A stretch of 64,000 bases of DNA from Camelus ferus (lineage: Eukaryota): the NCBI RefSeq assembly GCF_009834535.1, contig NC_045712.1:1674001-1738000 (forward strand), read 5' to 3'. The notes under the pieces are model-generated. The model was not told where the DNA came from. It ran no database searches and was given only the letters and a program-made list of their open reading frames with translations. Positions 12,350 through 25,442 of the stretch are shown here, in pieces (position 1 is the stretch's first letter; the number at the start of each line of letters is the position of its first letter). The position numbers were made by a program, and so were the translations under genes.

Positions 12350-13290
12350 CATTCATTTTAAGTGTTTGATGACTTTTGGCAGTTTATACAGTCACATAAC
12401 CACATGTAACTGCCAACACAATCAAGATATAAACATTTTTATCATACAAAAGGTCTCCCCAGGCCCTTAGCACTGGATGCCTGGCCCCATCTCCACTCCC
12501 ATCGCAACAACAGATCTGCTTTCTATCCCTGGAGCTTTGCATTTTCCAGAATTTCATAAAAAGTGGAGAAAATTAATCTTATTTCTAAGTAGGTAGTCTT
12601 CTTAATTCTTTCACTCAGCAAAATGTTTAAGACTCATTCAGGGTATTGTATCTATTAATATTTTATTCTCTCTATTGGCTGAGTAGGATTCGATCATGTG
12701 GATAATACCACCATTTATTTATCCACCCAACAAGTAATGGTTATTTGGGTCGTTTCCAGTTTGGAGTTATTATGAATAATGCTACTGGGAATGTTCAAGC
12801 ATAAATCTTGGAGTGGGTGTATGTTTTCATTTCTCTTGGACAAATATATGGAAGTAGATTTTTGGATGTTAAGTGAACTTTAGAAGACCTAACCATACAG
12901 TTTTCCAAACTGATGGTACCATTTTCCCTTCCCATCAGCAATACATGTGAGTTCCATTTGCTCCACATCATCACCAGTATTCATCAGTTGTTCCAATTTC
13001 AGCCATTCTAGCAGGTTTCTAGTGGGGTGCCACTGTGGTTTTCATTTGCCTTTCTCTGATAACTACTGATGTTGAATATCTTTTAATATCTTTTTATGTG
13101 CTTATTGGCCATTCATATATCTTTTTTTTTTGTAGAAAGTGTCTAATCAAATCTTTTGCCCATTGTTTAATTGGGTAGCTTTTTGTTACTGAGTTACAAG
13201 AGTTCTTCATATATTCTAAGCCTTTTGTCTGATACATGTTTTGTAAATATTTTCTTTTAGCCTGTGGCTTGCTTTTCACTTTCTTAAGTG
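12350..13290 (-). mobile_element. Old L1M fragment, ORF2 end/3' UTR; boundaries approximate
   Basis: AT-rich, with antisense L1 phrases such as tttccagtttggagttattatgaataatgctact and cttattggccattcatatatctt. Confidence 0.8.
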
Positions 13291-13519
13291 CTTAATCATC
13301 ATCTTAAACTGCCTTTTAAGATCTCAGAATAATAACTGTGGCCAGCACAATGCATGTGCCCGGGTCCTGAAGGGGACAATGTAAAAACCTGCTGCCTTCC
13401 CACCGTAAAAGCAGAGCTAAAAATTCATGCTAGGTTCCAAAGAAACAACTATTGAAAGACCTCTTTGAGACACAACTGGAGAGACCTGCATATGGACAGG
13501 CTGTTACAGGATTTCCTGT

Positions 13520-13800
13520 TAGTTTTTGTTAGACATGATAATGGCATGGTGATTTTACATATTTTAAAATATTCTCAGAAGTTAGAGACTGCACAGTGAA
13601 ATATTTATGGACGAAACAACTTGTCTAGGCTTCTTTAAAATTTTGCAGAAAATACCACAGAAATACAAATGCAACAAAACTGGCAAAACGTTGGTAATTG
13701 CTAAAGCTGGGCTGATGGATGTATGGCAGTGTATTATACTGTTCTTTCTACTGGCATGTATACTTGAAAATTTCAACAGTAAGAAAGTTTTAAAAGTAGT
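13520..13800 (+). mobile_element. Old L1ME/L1MC-type 3' end; boundaries approximate
   Basis: gataatggcatggtgatt...gaaatatttatgg...ggcaaaacgttggtaattgct...tacttgaaaatttcaac resembles ancient L1 3' ends. Confidence 0.65.
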
Positions 13801-16327
13801 ACTTCATTTGCCTTAATTACCATGGCATGTTTACAAATTCAGTAAGAAATCTGAAGCTGCCTAATTTTCATACTTTTCAAAGACTGTGTGACTCATCAGT
13901 TCTGAGATAAAGGGAGAGAACCATACTTCTGAAAAGGAGCTTTTAAGGCCACAGTGTCCTTGGCAGCTGCCAGCCTTCTAAGTCAAAGAGCCACATCAGC
14001 ACCCCTTGCAAGGTCATTACACACCTGCAAGAGGGACACTGGGTATCCTGGTTTTAGGATCCAACAAGAACAAATATTGATCTCAAATTAACACTTTCAG
14101 GTAGCCAACCAGATCTCATTTCGAGGAAGGACTAATCCAGCCTTCCTCGTGAAGATGGTGAACAGTATAGAAGATGCCACCAATACATCTTCAAAAGAAA
14201 AAGAAAAAAAAAATCCCTCTGAGTGAGTTGATATGTCTGAGCTGGTAACAGTCACCATATAATGAAAAGGGCTTCCTTAGGTCAGATCATCCTCCTTTTC
14301 TCCAAGGACATGTAATTACGCTTTCTGTTCAGTCCATCAGTATGAAGTTCTAAAGCTCACAAGGCCAAAACAGGAAGCCTGGACTTGCACGGATCAGCCA
14401 GAGTTGATGCCACCTTGAGTGCCATCACTATCAAGTTGGAAGGACCTTTAACAACCACCTCACACAGGAGGTATGGGCAGGAACATGGACAGGTGGGAAA
14501 GAGGATGCTCCGAGATCCTGATTGGGTCAGTGACTATCTCCCCCTGACCTCTACAGAAATTTCCAAAGCCACACCTAGGTATCAGAACCCCTGGCTTGAT
14601 TTAAGCACCTTGTAATGGAGAAGATAGGGTGGACTGATTGAAGTGGCTTGCCCCAAGTCACACAGCAGATGAGTGGCTGAGCCGGGCCCGGACACCAAGT
14701 CCAGACTCAGTAAGTCTAGCTCTTCCACTGGATGAGGCTCATCACTGAAGGTGACCGGAGCTGTCAACAAACTGTTCCCAGACATTGGCCTCCAAACTGC
14801 CACGAGTGACCAGTGAAGAAAGTGGTCAAGGTATATAACAAAAATCCATTTTAAATGTCTTTTAAAGAAGTGGAGGGTAAATGAAAACACATCCAAAGTA
14901 ATAACTGAAGAGAATCTGCTATGATGGGTGTGACGACTTCCCAGAGGCGAAAGGAGGCCTGGGCTCGGTAACCTCTGCCTGAGCTCCTGGCCGAACGCGT
15001 CACACGCGACTCTGCTGACTGGCAGCCCGGCCCAGACGGACATCCTCCCCGAGGACACCCTGCAGCTCCGAGGACCTGCCCAACTTTGTAGACAGGGACA
15101 CCCATGATTCCTGACACTGCATTTCAAAGGAAAACCTCCTTGGGCTCGTGTTTACGTAGTGCTTTGGGGAGGGTGGAGCCATTCAAGTGGAGCCTTCAAC
15201 ACAGCTGAAGGCTAAACAGAAAAGAATAGCTCCTCAAGTGAGTAAGTTAGACACCTCATAGGACACATCGTCACACTCAAATCGGATCTCACATTTACTT
15301 CGATCGTGCTTCCACATCTGCATTATTAAACTTGAGAGCTGAGCCCGGAACTTCCTCCCGCACTGTTCTTGTGTCTTCCTTCTGGGCTCTTTGTCTCTGT
15401 GTGTTTCACACAAGGTGGCTCCAGGCAGGTTGCGGCAGATAGGAGGTGGGAGGTGATCTGCCAAAAAGCTCTGGTGAAAATTTAGCTGAAAAGCAGACCT
15501 CCCAGGAGGCTGCAGCAGGTGTCAAAAAACTGGGCCGTGGATGTTTAATAGAAGAAGAGCTTCTGTTGTGGCCCCCAGAACCCCACAGGTGTGAAGGCCT
15601 CCAGAAAGCTGTTAAGCAAACCGAGGAGCTCCAAACAAAAAATGCCTCTCCTGGATGGTTTGCCTGTTCCCAGCAAAATATGTGGAACATGCATACAGAT
15701 GCCTGGAAGGAGTGCTGGGCTGGTGGGGGGCCGGGGGGGAAGTCCATAAAGACCACAGACAGCATGTTTTTCTATGTGAATGATGGCATGTAACTCTTTA
15801 TAAACTAAACAGCCAGGGACATCTAGTCTGCAGTCATTCAAACCCTGCCTCCTTGCACCTCTTGCCAAAAAAAAAAAAAAAGAATTAAATTCCAGGGATT
15901 TCTTACAACTTCTTTAGTCTGAAATCAATTCCTCAAGTATGGCGTGGGAAAAAAAATCTACTGGTCCGAGCATCAGAGTATCCATGCTCTAGGGTTAGCT
16001 CGGCCGCTAATGGCTGTGTGACTTTGGCTCAGTCTCTCAACTTCTCTGAGACCTAGTTTCCCAATGTAGAAAACACAGAGGCTGACCAAGATGATCTCTG
16101 TCTATAGCTTCTTCTCTTTCTTTCCTGGTAAGATAATATAAATTGTGTATCCGTATTTAATTAAGTTAGATTTCAAAGGAAACCCATGGTAAAAGCTCAT
16201 CTTGTCTGAAAACAGGTAACTGGGACCCCATAAATTACACCAATATTTCCAGAGATCACTTAGGATGTAAGTCACAGCCTTCCTGCTGCTTCTGGTAGTT
16301 TCCTTGAAATGAAAGATAGGGCAGTAC

Positions 16328-16450
16328 CTCCTCGGACTCCTTTAAATGGGTAGAAGAAGGCCACCAGCAGGTTCATCAGGACGGCCAGGTTAAAGGAGAT
16401 GCTGCTCCAGAAAGACATGTTGCGGGCACACCAGTACAGGACGGGCTGGG
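16328..16450 (-). CDS. ITPR1: ITPR1 exon I (123 nt, phase 1 to 1): (A)[40 protein letters not shown], first transmembrane helix
   Basis: Acceptor tttgtctccgcag|CC, donor GGAG|gtactg. Confidence 0.97.
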
Positions 16451-19400
16451 CTGCGGAGACAAAGTCGGAGCCGTGTGAGGTTCCAGACCGCAAGTCAGGA
16501 CTCTGGGAACTCCACACCACCCTCCCTCCCGCTTTGCCCCTCAAAGTCCACTTTTGTTCCCATTTTTTTTTTTTTTTTTTTTTACTGCTAGAGGAAAAAT
16601 GATCATTTGTTTTGAAGCTGACTCATAGGCTCTTAACGACATGAGATTGGTTTATTTCTGTTTGGAGTCCTTACTGGAACAGAGGATGTATTTGGGGACA
16701 AGGAAGAGGAGAAAGGGGAAAAGTTGGAGCATCTAAAAACCCTGCCTGCCCCTGTCAACACCATCAGCTCTGGAATCTGGGGGTTACCCAGAGTTCATGT
16801 GCTGTGTCCTCAGTTCCCCCCAGAGTCCTGGGACCAGAGGAGATGCCCAAGCAGACCCGAGAACTCAATGAGCCTTTGAGAAGTGTGGGCCACTGGCAGG
16901 GGGTGACACACAGCATTCAGAGTTGGCGCAGCTGGCCCCAGACTAGGAATGCTATACTTCCATATACCTCCCTTGTGCAAAATTCTACACCAACTCGCTG
17001 GTGCTGACAAGCAAGACAATGATCCCTGTCCTGACATGGAGTCACCTGCCGTTTTCCTGAAGTCTGGTCAGGACTTTTGAGGGGCAGAGCATCTAGGAGC
17101 CAGAGCTGCAGCCTGGATGGACAGCAGCAGCTACAGTGGAGAAGTGGCACCAAAGCCATCGCAAAGGGCCAGAGACCCTTTTGGTGAGGCCACGCGGGCT
17201 GCATCCTCAGCATGAGGACAGTAAGTCGGGGACCACACTGTGTGCGCTGGTCCTTCCTGTTCCTCTGAATTCTTCAGTGGTGCCTTACACTTAGGATGAT
17301 GCTCAGAAATAGACACGGCAGGAATAACTTCCATCTCCACGCCAGAGGCAAAGTTTCCAAAAGAGAGTCTCACTCAGCATTATCCTCCTCCAAAGGGAAG
17401 TGTGGAGTATGTGAAAATGGGTCTCCAGTGTGTATTTCCCCTTCCCAATGAAGTCATCATTTAACTTCAGGACAGCAGCCAATGACAGACCCAGTGAGTC
17501 TATAACGATGCCTATAGAAGTAGCCAAGCCTTTGGATGCTTCAATCCAAAGTCAAGTTATGGCACAATTCAACAAAGCCCCAGATGACTGAATAATTGCT
17601 CATTTCATGTTTGCACTTGGCAACAGGCCATGTTTCCAAACTGTAAGGCTTTGGAGCTGTAAACATGATCACTTTATCAGTGAGGGAAACCGAGGCCCTG
17701 CAGAGGATGGAAGCTGTGGAGAGCTCATCACCCGGGTCAGAGACCCTCTGGGGGAGTGACAGGGACAAAGTTAAGTGGCTCATGTCACCATTTAATAGAG
17801 GAGCCGAACAGGAATCAGTCAACCTATAGTTAATGACTGACTTTCTTACAGAGTAAGTTTAAGATGAGAAACCACCCATTCTGGCAACAATAGCGATCGG
17901 TGTTTCTGCTGGGACAGGAGCGCATTTCTGATCTGAGTATGAAAACTCCAGAGAGGACAGGAGACAGACGGCAGAAAGGGCAAAGGGCTGAGAGCTGCTG
18001 CAGCTGAGTGATGGGTACACGGGAACTGACAACATCCTCTCACAGTAAGGTGTGTACAAAGAGCTCATAAGAAGAAGTTCAAAGGGAAAAAGGCAGGAAA
18101 TGGCGAAGCTCAGCGATGGTCTGGGTAAGTCAGAATTCTCTTCGGGGGCAGGGGGGGAAGCTCTCTACATCAAGTGTGACTGGAGCCACTGTATGAAGCT
18201 TTAATATAACTGTAATTAATGGTCTTCAACTACAGCATACAGTTCACAAATCTTCTTTTTGTAAAGCTAACGCTGCACTGAAATTGTAGTGTCATTCTGA
18301 ATATGAACCAACATTCAGACTTTCAAATCAACTGGGTATCTACGCAGGTGCAAGAAGACAGGGTACCATGAGCCCAGATGGGCAGGGCAATTTAAATATC
18401 TGCACCTAGGGCATCTCTTGGTAACCCTCTTCCCTAATTTTTTTTTTAAACGGACCTGGGGCTTGCTTGAGTACCTGGGCTCCACATGCATCCAGCAACA
18501 GAATTTCCCACTGTATTCTGCTGAGTGTGATAACCAGGAGGGTAAACCCCCAGTAACGCAGTGTCTGCATATGCAACTCTAACTCAGTTTCTCTTCACCA
18601 CCTTCCAGTTTTCTAAGCCCAGAGTTTTCACTTCGCTGGGCTAGGATCTTCAGGGGAAGATGTCAGAGAGGCACAGTGGAGAGAGGATCTGGACACACAG
18701 AAGGGTGTGTGTGCATGTTGTGTGTGTATGTGTGTACGTGTATAAGGTGTGCATAGAGCAAGGAAGAGGTCTTCTGGAGAGCATAGGAGCTGAATATCTT
18801 AACACTCGCAGAAGCAAATATTAAGCAGCGTGAATCTCCGACAGACCTCAGTGCGTATCTGAGCCCAAGCTACAGATTCACTAAAGCATAGATGATTCTC
18901 TGCAAGACTTGCAGGAAATAACACACCTTCATGCATAAACCAGAGAAATCTTTTCTGCAGTTGTATTAGAAGAGAAAGAGACTACTTAGAGGGGAAAATG
19001 TGTTTCATTTTAATTATACTTCTAATGGGTACATTTCTCCCCTCTCTAAATATGCAAATCATGTTTAATTCAGTTAGTACTTTCAATTTTTCTCTTACCA
19101 GCAGAAAGCTTTGAAGCCAATTAAAATCTTTCAGTTGACAACTATAGCTGTGTTTAAGTTTCTCTGAAACAAAAACTGATTTTGAAACAGAGACAGGTCA
19201 AATAAGAGAAAGTATTAGCCACAAGGCAACGTCAACCTTGGAACGATGAGATGACCATTCTGCAGTCAACCAATCAATCGATCAGGCTGTCATAATTCCC
19301 CACTTCATAGGTGAGGGCCTAGGAGAGGCTAAGTCATCTGTAAGGGGCCACAGAGCCAGCGGCAGGGAGGGGCAGAAGCAGAATGGAACTCAGATCCCCT

Positions 19401-19533
19401 ACCTCTTGGGGCTGAGATCTTAACTACACCAGACTGAAGACAACAGCTCAGAAAGAGGGATGACAAGGTATCTCACCTCAGAACCGAAGGTGAAAAGCTT
19501 TCTGTCAATTCGTAAGCCCCTTGAAGAACCTAT

Positions 19534-19539
<6 letters not shown>

Positions 19540-19564
<25 letters not shown>
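19540..19564. repeat. (TA)12 microsatellite
   Basis: Alternating TA, seen directly. Confidence 0.95.
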
Positions 19565-21142
19565 CAAATATATCTCATATATACATGAGAACACAAGTCT
19601 GAGAAAAAGAATAGATTTGACCAGTCTTAGGACTCAGTAGACTCCTACACTGGTAAGGGTGAAATCACAGTTTTCATTACTATGGAGGCTTGGAGACATG
19701 AATTTAGGATTATCCCTTCAAGCTGGAATCATGGGCTATCTCAGTGAAGATCAAAATCAACAAATAAGAGGAAGTAAGTTCTCTTCTATTCAACATAATG
19801 GCTGAAAATACAAGAGTACACAATGGATGGGGGTCTGCGTCTACCTTTTTTGGTACCTTTTTTCTTACTGCACAAGCATGGTGCTGTGTAGATGTTCAAC
19901 ATTACTCATGACGCCTGGGCTGGAGGAGCTCAGGTGGGAGTCCACAGTGGGCTCCAAGGACACTGATAGTGGGGAAACCTGCCTGCTACGTCTTCTGAGG
20001 TCCATACCAAGGAAGACAAGTGTGCTAGAGGCGGACAGTGTCTGCCAGACACCAAGCATGGGGCTGAGTGAGGAATGGGTTGCTTCAGCAAAACATTTTT
20101 TAATGTTTAAAGTGCTGGGCGATGAGGTGCCCCTTAGAGATGAGAGAGGATGGAGTGGGGGAGGGGCAAGAACAGCACCTGCTGGCCAACCTGCTTGCAC
20201 AACCCCCTCCACCACGAACCTGACCGAATCTAGGTGTGCAGGGAGGGAGCAATGAAGTGGGAGCAACAGGCAGTAAAGGAGGCTGGTCTGCTCCGGCTCA
20301 GGCTGGTGCGGGAACCAGAGGACAAAAGCTCCCAGAAACTGACCTCCAACCCAGCGTCCCCTCCCGCGGCCCCGCCCTGCCGCAAGAGCCCAGTCAGCAC
20401 CACTGTAGCTGGAATCCAGGGCTTCCAGTTAAAACCCTGTCTCCTGACCAGCAGACAGGAACAAAGCACCATCCTTCCTAAGCTGGTCACAACAGTTGGT
20501 GCCGAGCATACGGTCGGCACTGAAGGATCACATTAAAACCCTCATGAAAACCAGGAGCGGAGAAGCCCTCCGGGACAGCCCTATAAAAGTGTTTTAGACG
20601 AGTCATTTCGACCTGCCTGGCTGGGCTTCGCAAGGGGACTCACTGGTGAGCAACAGCACATCGTATGTGGCAAATGATTCCACTGCCTATAAAATGACAC
20701 CAGAGTCTAAAATCTGAGCTACCCTATAAAAAGGGGGAGAGTGGCGTCTTCCGAGCAGGTGTGCTCGTAAACGAGCACTCAAGGGGGCTGAATTTCCTGC
20801 TCAAGTGCATCATCCTGTGAGCTCCAGGCCTGCCTGCTCTTCATTCCTTTTATTTTCTACATCAAGATAACCAAAAAAGGCATTCTGAGCCGTCCCTGGG
20901 GCTCTCCAATCAGATCAGGTCAAAGGCTGCTGGAAGGGAGCCTTCAGATGCCTGAGGCTGGAGCCCATTTTCAGGTTCATCCTTGAAGGTGCCCAGGTCT
21001 TCCTGGTGCTCAGAGGGGACAAGAACCCTACTGCCCCAGCTCTGCTCCTACTCGGAGGTCCTCGCACCCATCATCCAGCCCAGGTACTTGCAACCCCAGA
21101 ACCATGTCTCTCTGGAGCATCGTGGAGGCGTCGCGGACCCAC

Positions 21143-21335
21143 CTCTCAGCTTCTTCTGCCAGTTCATCTCGTTGAAGAGGTCCTCGGACCGCAGGAAGAA
21201 GTCGTTGATCTTGCTGCCTTGCTCGTCCCTCTCGGTAGTGTAGTATATTCGGAGTTTTGACTCCTTGGTTAGGAATTCACATATACTGGGCACGGGGAAC
21301 ACGATCTGCTCCATGGTTCGGTCTAATCTGACAAT
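21143..21335 (-). CDS. ITPR1: ITPR1 exon H (193 nt, phase 0 to 1): [64 protein letters not shown]
   Basis: Acceptor tcttcaccctag|ATT, donor AGAG|gtgggt. Confidence 0.98.
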
Positions 21336-21629
21336 CTAGGGTGAAGACATGGATGAGGTAAATAGTTATCTTCAGAAACCCTTTACTCAGGCTCTCTGCA
21401 GCAGCCATGGGCTCAGTGTTCAAGACCAGGGCTAGTAACAGGTCTGCACTGAGGTCTTCTCTGATTATCTAATCCCCAGAATGGGCTGTGTCTCTTACAG
21501 CTCCACAGAACACAGTTTTGCTAAGTCTGAAAGATTATTTCTCTAACTTCAGACCCATTCATTGTACTGTGACTATGTTTTATCTGGAACAACTTAAAGT
21601 GTGTTTTGTGTACATATTCAGAAGAGGCT

Positions 21630-21827
21630 CTGGGCTGTCCAACAGAACTTTCTGTAATGAGGGAATGGTTCTCTATCTGTGTGCCTGCCTCATCCAAACG
21701 GAGAGTCACTGGTCACCTGTGGCCACTGAGTCTGGGCACGTGCGGCTAGTACAAGTGAGGAACCGAGTATTTCATTTGGATGTAAACAGCAAAAAGTGGC
21801 TAGTGGCTATCCTATGGGACAGGGCAG
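21630..21827 (+). mobile_element. MER3 (hAT-Charlie) non-autonomous DNA transposon
   Basis: Begins ctgggctgtccaacagaactttctgtaatga and ends gtggctagtggctatcctatgggacagggcag, matching the MER3 consensus ends as I recall them. Confidence 0.85.
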
Positions 21828-24188
21828 CGCTAGGCTGTGGTACAAATCTCACCTAACACCCTGTCTCAGAGCTCAAAACTGGGTTATTTTTACTTGATAG
21901 GAACTTTAAAAGGAGATCTGTGGTTTATTTGGTTGCAACGACCTCCTATTTCTGACTTGTCGTAGCATCAGACACATACGATGCACGAACCCATCGCCCA
22001 CTGGATGCTGTAGCAACAGCACTCACTGTTCTTTAAATGAGCTTTTCTGGGCCCCGGGGTGGACACCTCACAGGTTTCCTCCGTGCCCTTCCTAGACTGC
22101 CTCAATCCCCAGAAAGAGGAGTCTGGTTGAGATCATTCAAATTTTAGGACACTGCACTGAGTCACAGTCCTGGGGGGACAGATTTCAAAAGGGGTCCAGG
22201 CTGCAGTAGGGGAGGGGCTTGGCCTCTCTCTAGTCTTCCTCCCCAGAGCCTAGAGAAGCCAGGGGAGGCCCAGGGTAATGCCCTCTACTAGAAGACCTGG
22301 GCCACATTCTCTCAACACTGTTCCCAATGCAGCCAGAGAGGTGACTCAGGTCAAGTAATGGGAAACTCTCTTAGAGGTCAGACAGGTTCCCACAGCTCTG
22401 CCTCCATAAATTCTGGGAGACTCTGGACCAGTGGTTTCCAAATCAAGGTGGAGCTCAGGTTACGGAAGCTTCCTTATCATACCAACTATGGTTCATAAGC
22501 CAACCTCATTTAACTGGAACCGTGGAGCTGGGGTTGGTAACGCTGGTGCACACACAGGCTTAGGGACCAACCCTGTAGCCTTCTGCTGTCAAGAGGAGGC
22601 CTGCTTCACAGTCACGTGGGCTTTGGATCAGTCCCTCCTGACATGGAAGGAATGGGATCTGAGAAGTGTGGCTGGGCTCAGGAGGCAATGGAGAAGACAG
22701 GAGGCCTCCTGCCAAGAACTAATGACCAGACTCCAGGGCTGCCCAGCCCAAGTCACCAGAGTGAAGACACCAGGGTCTGCAGGAGCCCCAGGGAGCGACA
22801 GCGCTCTCTGGCTCCGCACAGGTCATTCCCTGGGAAACTGGAAGCTACAGGCTGCAAGGAACAGGATTTTGGGACACCATGCCTGGCCCCTTCTCTCCAT
22901 CCTTGAAGATGGACCCATGCCTCTTTTTCAGTAAACTTCCAATTGGAAATCAGAATCCAGAATCTCCGACCTCTAACGGGCTGGGTGACCTCGCTCACGT
23001 GTCTCAGCCTCCTGCTTCAGTCTGCCGCCCTGGGAACCAAGGCTCCTTCTCCCCTGGCGTTCCACACCGGGAACCCCTGAAGCTTGTCTTCCAAGCGCTC
23101 CAGAGGACAGCTGGCCCTTCCGTCACCACTGACCATGGCCCTTCTAGTCATTCACAATAAATGGAATATGTGTTCACACACACTGTTATGGTCAAATATA
23201 ATCAGTGAAATGATGCATTTTCATTAGGACAGCCCAAAGACCCGAGACATCGAGCAAGGATATACTCTTAGAAGTCTCCAGCCGGAACATCTCATGGGGC
23301 CCACAGGGGTCTGTGAGTTCTTCAGTATCTCTGTTCTGACCCCGATCGTGAATTTGTACGTTTCCTCATTAGCCAAACAGGATATACCATCCCTCACTGC
23401 CCAGAGCCTGCAGACCTAAGTCTGTGTTCTCCCGGCCCCTAGAAGACAACATAGGTCACATAAAAAGCACCCATGGGCTCTGGGTTCCCCTGACCTGGAT
23501 GGAAATTGCAGCCCCGCCATTGATAACTGGACAAGCAACACAACCTCCCTGAGTCCTACTTCGGAGTTTTCCCATCTGCAAGACGGAAACGATCCCACCA
23601 GGTTCCCAGAAGATGAGGGCGGTCTGTTGTGTGTGTGTCCTGCAAATGCAGATCTGGTCCTATCGCTTGTCTGTGTAAAACTCTAGACAGTGTTGCCAGG
23701 GTGAAGTCCAGACTTGGGACGCAGATGGCTGACAGGATGCTGCAGGCTCGGGGGCTGCCTACCTGCCTTTCTGACTGTGTGCTGCTCTCCCTTAAGCTCA
23801 CTCAATTCCAGATCCCCACCCTCGCCTCCCCCCGGGGCCTCAGCCTGCCATGACTCCCTGTCTCCCAAAGTTCCTCCCTCCGGGCTCTGATCGTTCATTC
23901 CTATTTTCCTTAAGGTCTGTGCTGAGGTCTCTCTGTTCAGACCTGACCACCGCAGTCCCTGGCAGGCCCCCTGCTGGACGTCCTCACAACACCTCTGCTT
24001 GCCCTCGTGGCCTGGCCGCATCTTCTCGTGTGGACCTGCTCTGTGTCTGCCTCCTTACGAGGCTTTAAGTAGGCGTCAAGACTGTCTCGCCGCATCTTTA
24101 TAGCTGAGATGAATGACTGAAGGCCAGCCCAGCCCAGCCCTAGCCTGGGGTGCCACACGCCCAAGCCCGGTGTCTACTCTGCTTTTAC

Positions 24189-24293
24189 CTCTATCTGGGC
24201 CGTGTGCTTGGCATAAAACTCCAGAGCTTCGTCTCCATCCACCTGGCCACCAGGCTTCAGCATGGTCTGAAGTTCCTTGTTATGCCGAGCCAG
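24189..24293 (-). CDS. ITPR1: ITPR1 exon G (105 nt, phase 0 to 0): [35 protein letters not shown]
   Basis: Acceptor cttgtgttctag|CTG, donor GAG|gtaaaa. Read directly from the sequence; not in the ORF track. Confidence 0.96.
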
Positions 24294-25319
24294 CTAGAAC
24301 ACAAGTACAGAAAACAGGGGAGTCGATGTCTCTTTGCAACAGGAACATACAAGCCCCTTTCCCAGTCTGGGTATAAAAGACGCAGAATAACCAAGGCCAA
24401 GCCAGAGGTGGCGGGCGGGGCAGGAGCCCACTGCTTTCCATCAAGGTGCGCGCTGCACAGATGCGATTCTGGGCACTTGGCAGAGCAGCATGGACAATGC
24501 CTGCTCACGAGAGGTCCCACCTTCCCCCGATGTCTTTAGCCAGGCGGGACGGGGGTGGGGTTTTCTGTTCAGCCTCACAGAGCCTCTGTTTGGAATGTCC
24601 CGAGACTGCTCAGTGGCTCCATGCCAGGAACAGACGAGATCAAGGGCAGGAGACAGTTTTCTAGTCTGCCTCCAGGGACCGCCACCGTCCGGCCTGGTAC
24701 CATTATGGCTTACATCTCACGCCTCTACCTAAGCGGGGTGCCCGGGACAGGAAGCACCAGCCTGCAGCAGTCACCACTGCCCACACACACAGCCCGCTCA
24801 AGGCACGTCAACCCCTAGAAAGAGGAAGTGTCTTCAAAAGCCCAGCCACTTGGGAAGAGAGTTATGAAACAGGGCATTTTGGTGCCAGGGTAAGAAGTAT
24901 TACTACATCGCTCAAAAGGCAAACAAAAAGAAGTCATCACGACAAGTTCCCAAAGATTTCCAAGTGCGATAGGCCAGGCAGCTGAGGTTTATTTCTTTAG
25001 ATTGTTAAGATAGACTCCTCAATATTTACGAACAGACTAAGCCTGCTTTCAACTGTCTTGAGGCACAATCATAAACTGCAAGCGTCACTGCTCACTGTGA
25101 ATGCTTTTAACAGATGTGGGGGTTTCCAAGGACATGACCCCACCGGCATGGAAAAAAGGAATGCCTGAGATCTCAGGACACTGGGTCAGGCGGCCAGTAG
25201 TGCCCGTAAGCCCAAACCACCCCTGGTTAAAACCTCAAAGGAAAACCAAGTCTAGGGCACACCCAGCGTGGACTTCTGGCACTGCGCGCCTGGCAGGGCG
25301 CCCGGGGCAGAGGTCGTAC

Positions 25320-25442
25320 CTGGTGCGCCAAGATGTAGATGTTGTGCCCCACGTTCCTGGGGGAGGCGGCTCCATCCTCACCGTTCTCTCCATCCTCAAA
25401 CTCCACTTCGCCCTGCATGTAGGCTTTCTTGATCACTTCCAC
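25320..25442 (-). CDS. ITPR1: ITPR1 exon F (123 nt, phase 0 to 0): [41 protein letters not shown]
   Basis: Acceptor ccttcttgcag|GTG, donor CAG|gtacga. Confidence 0.97.
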
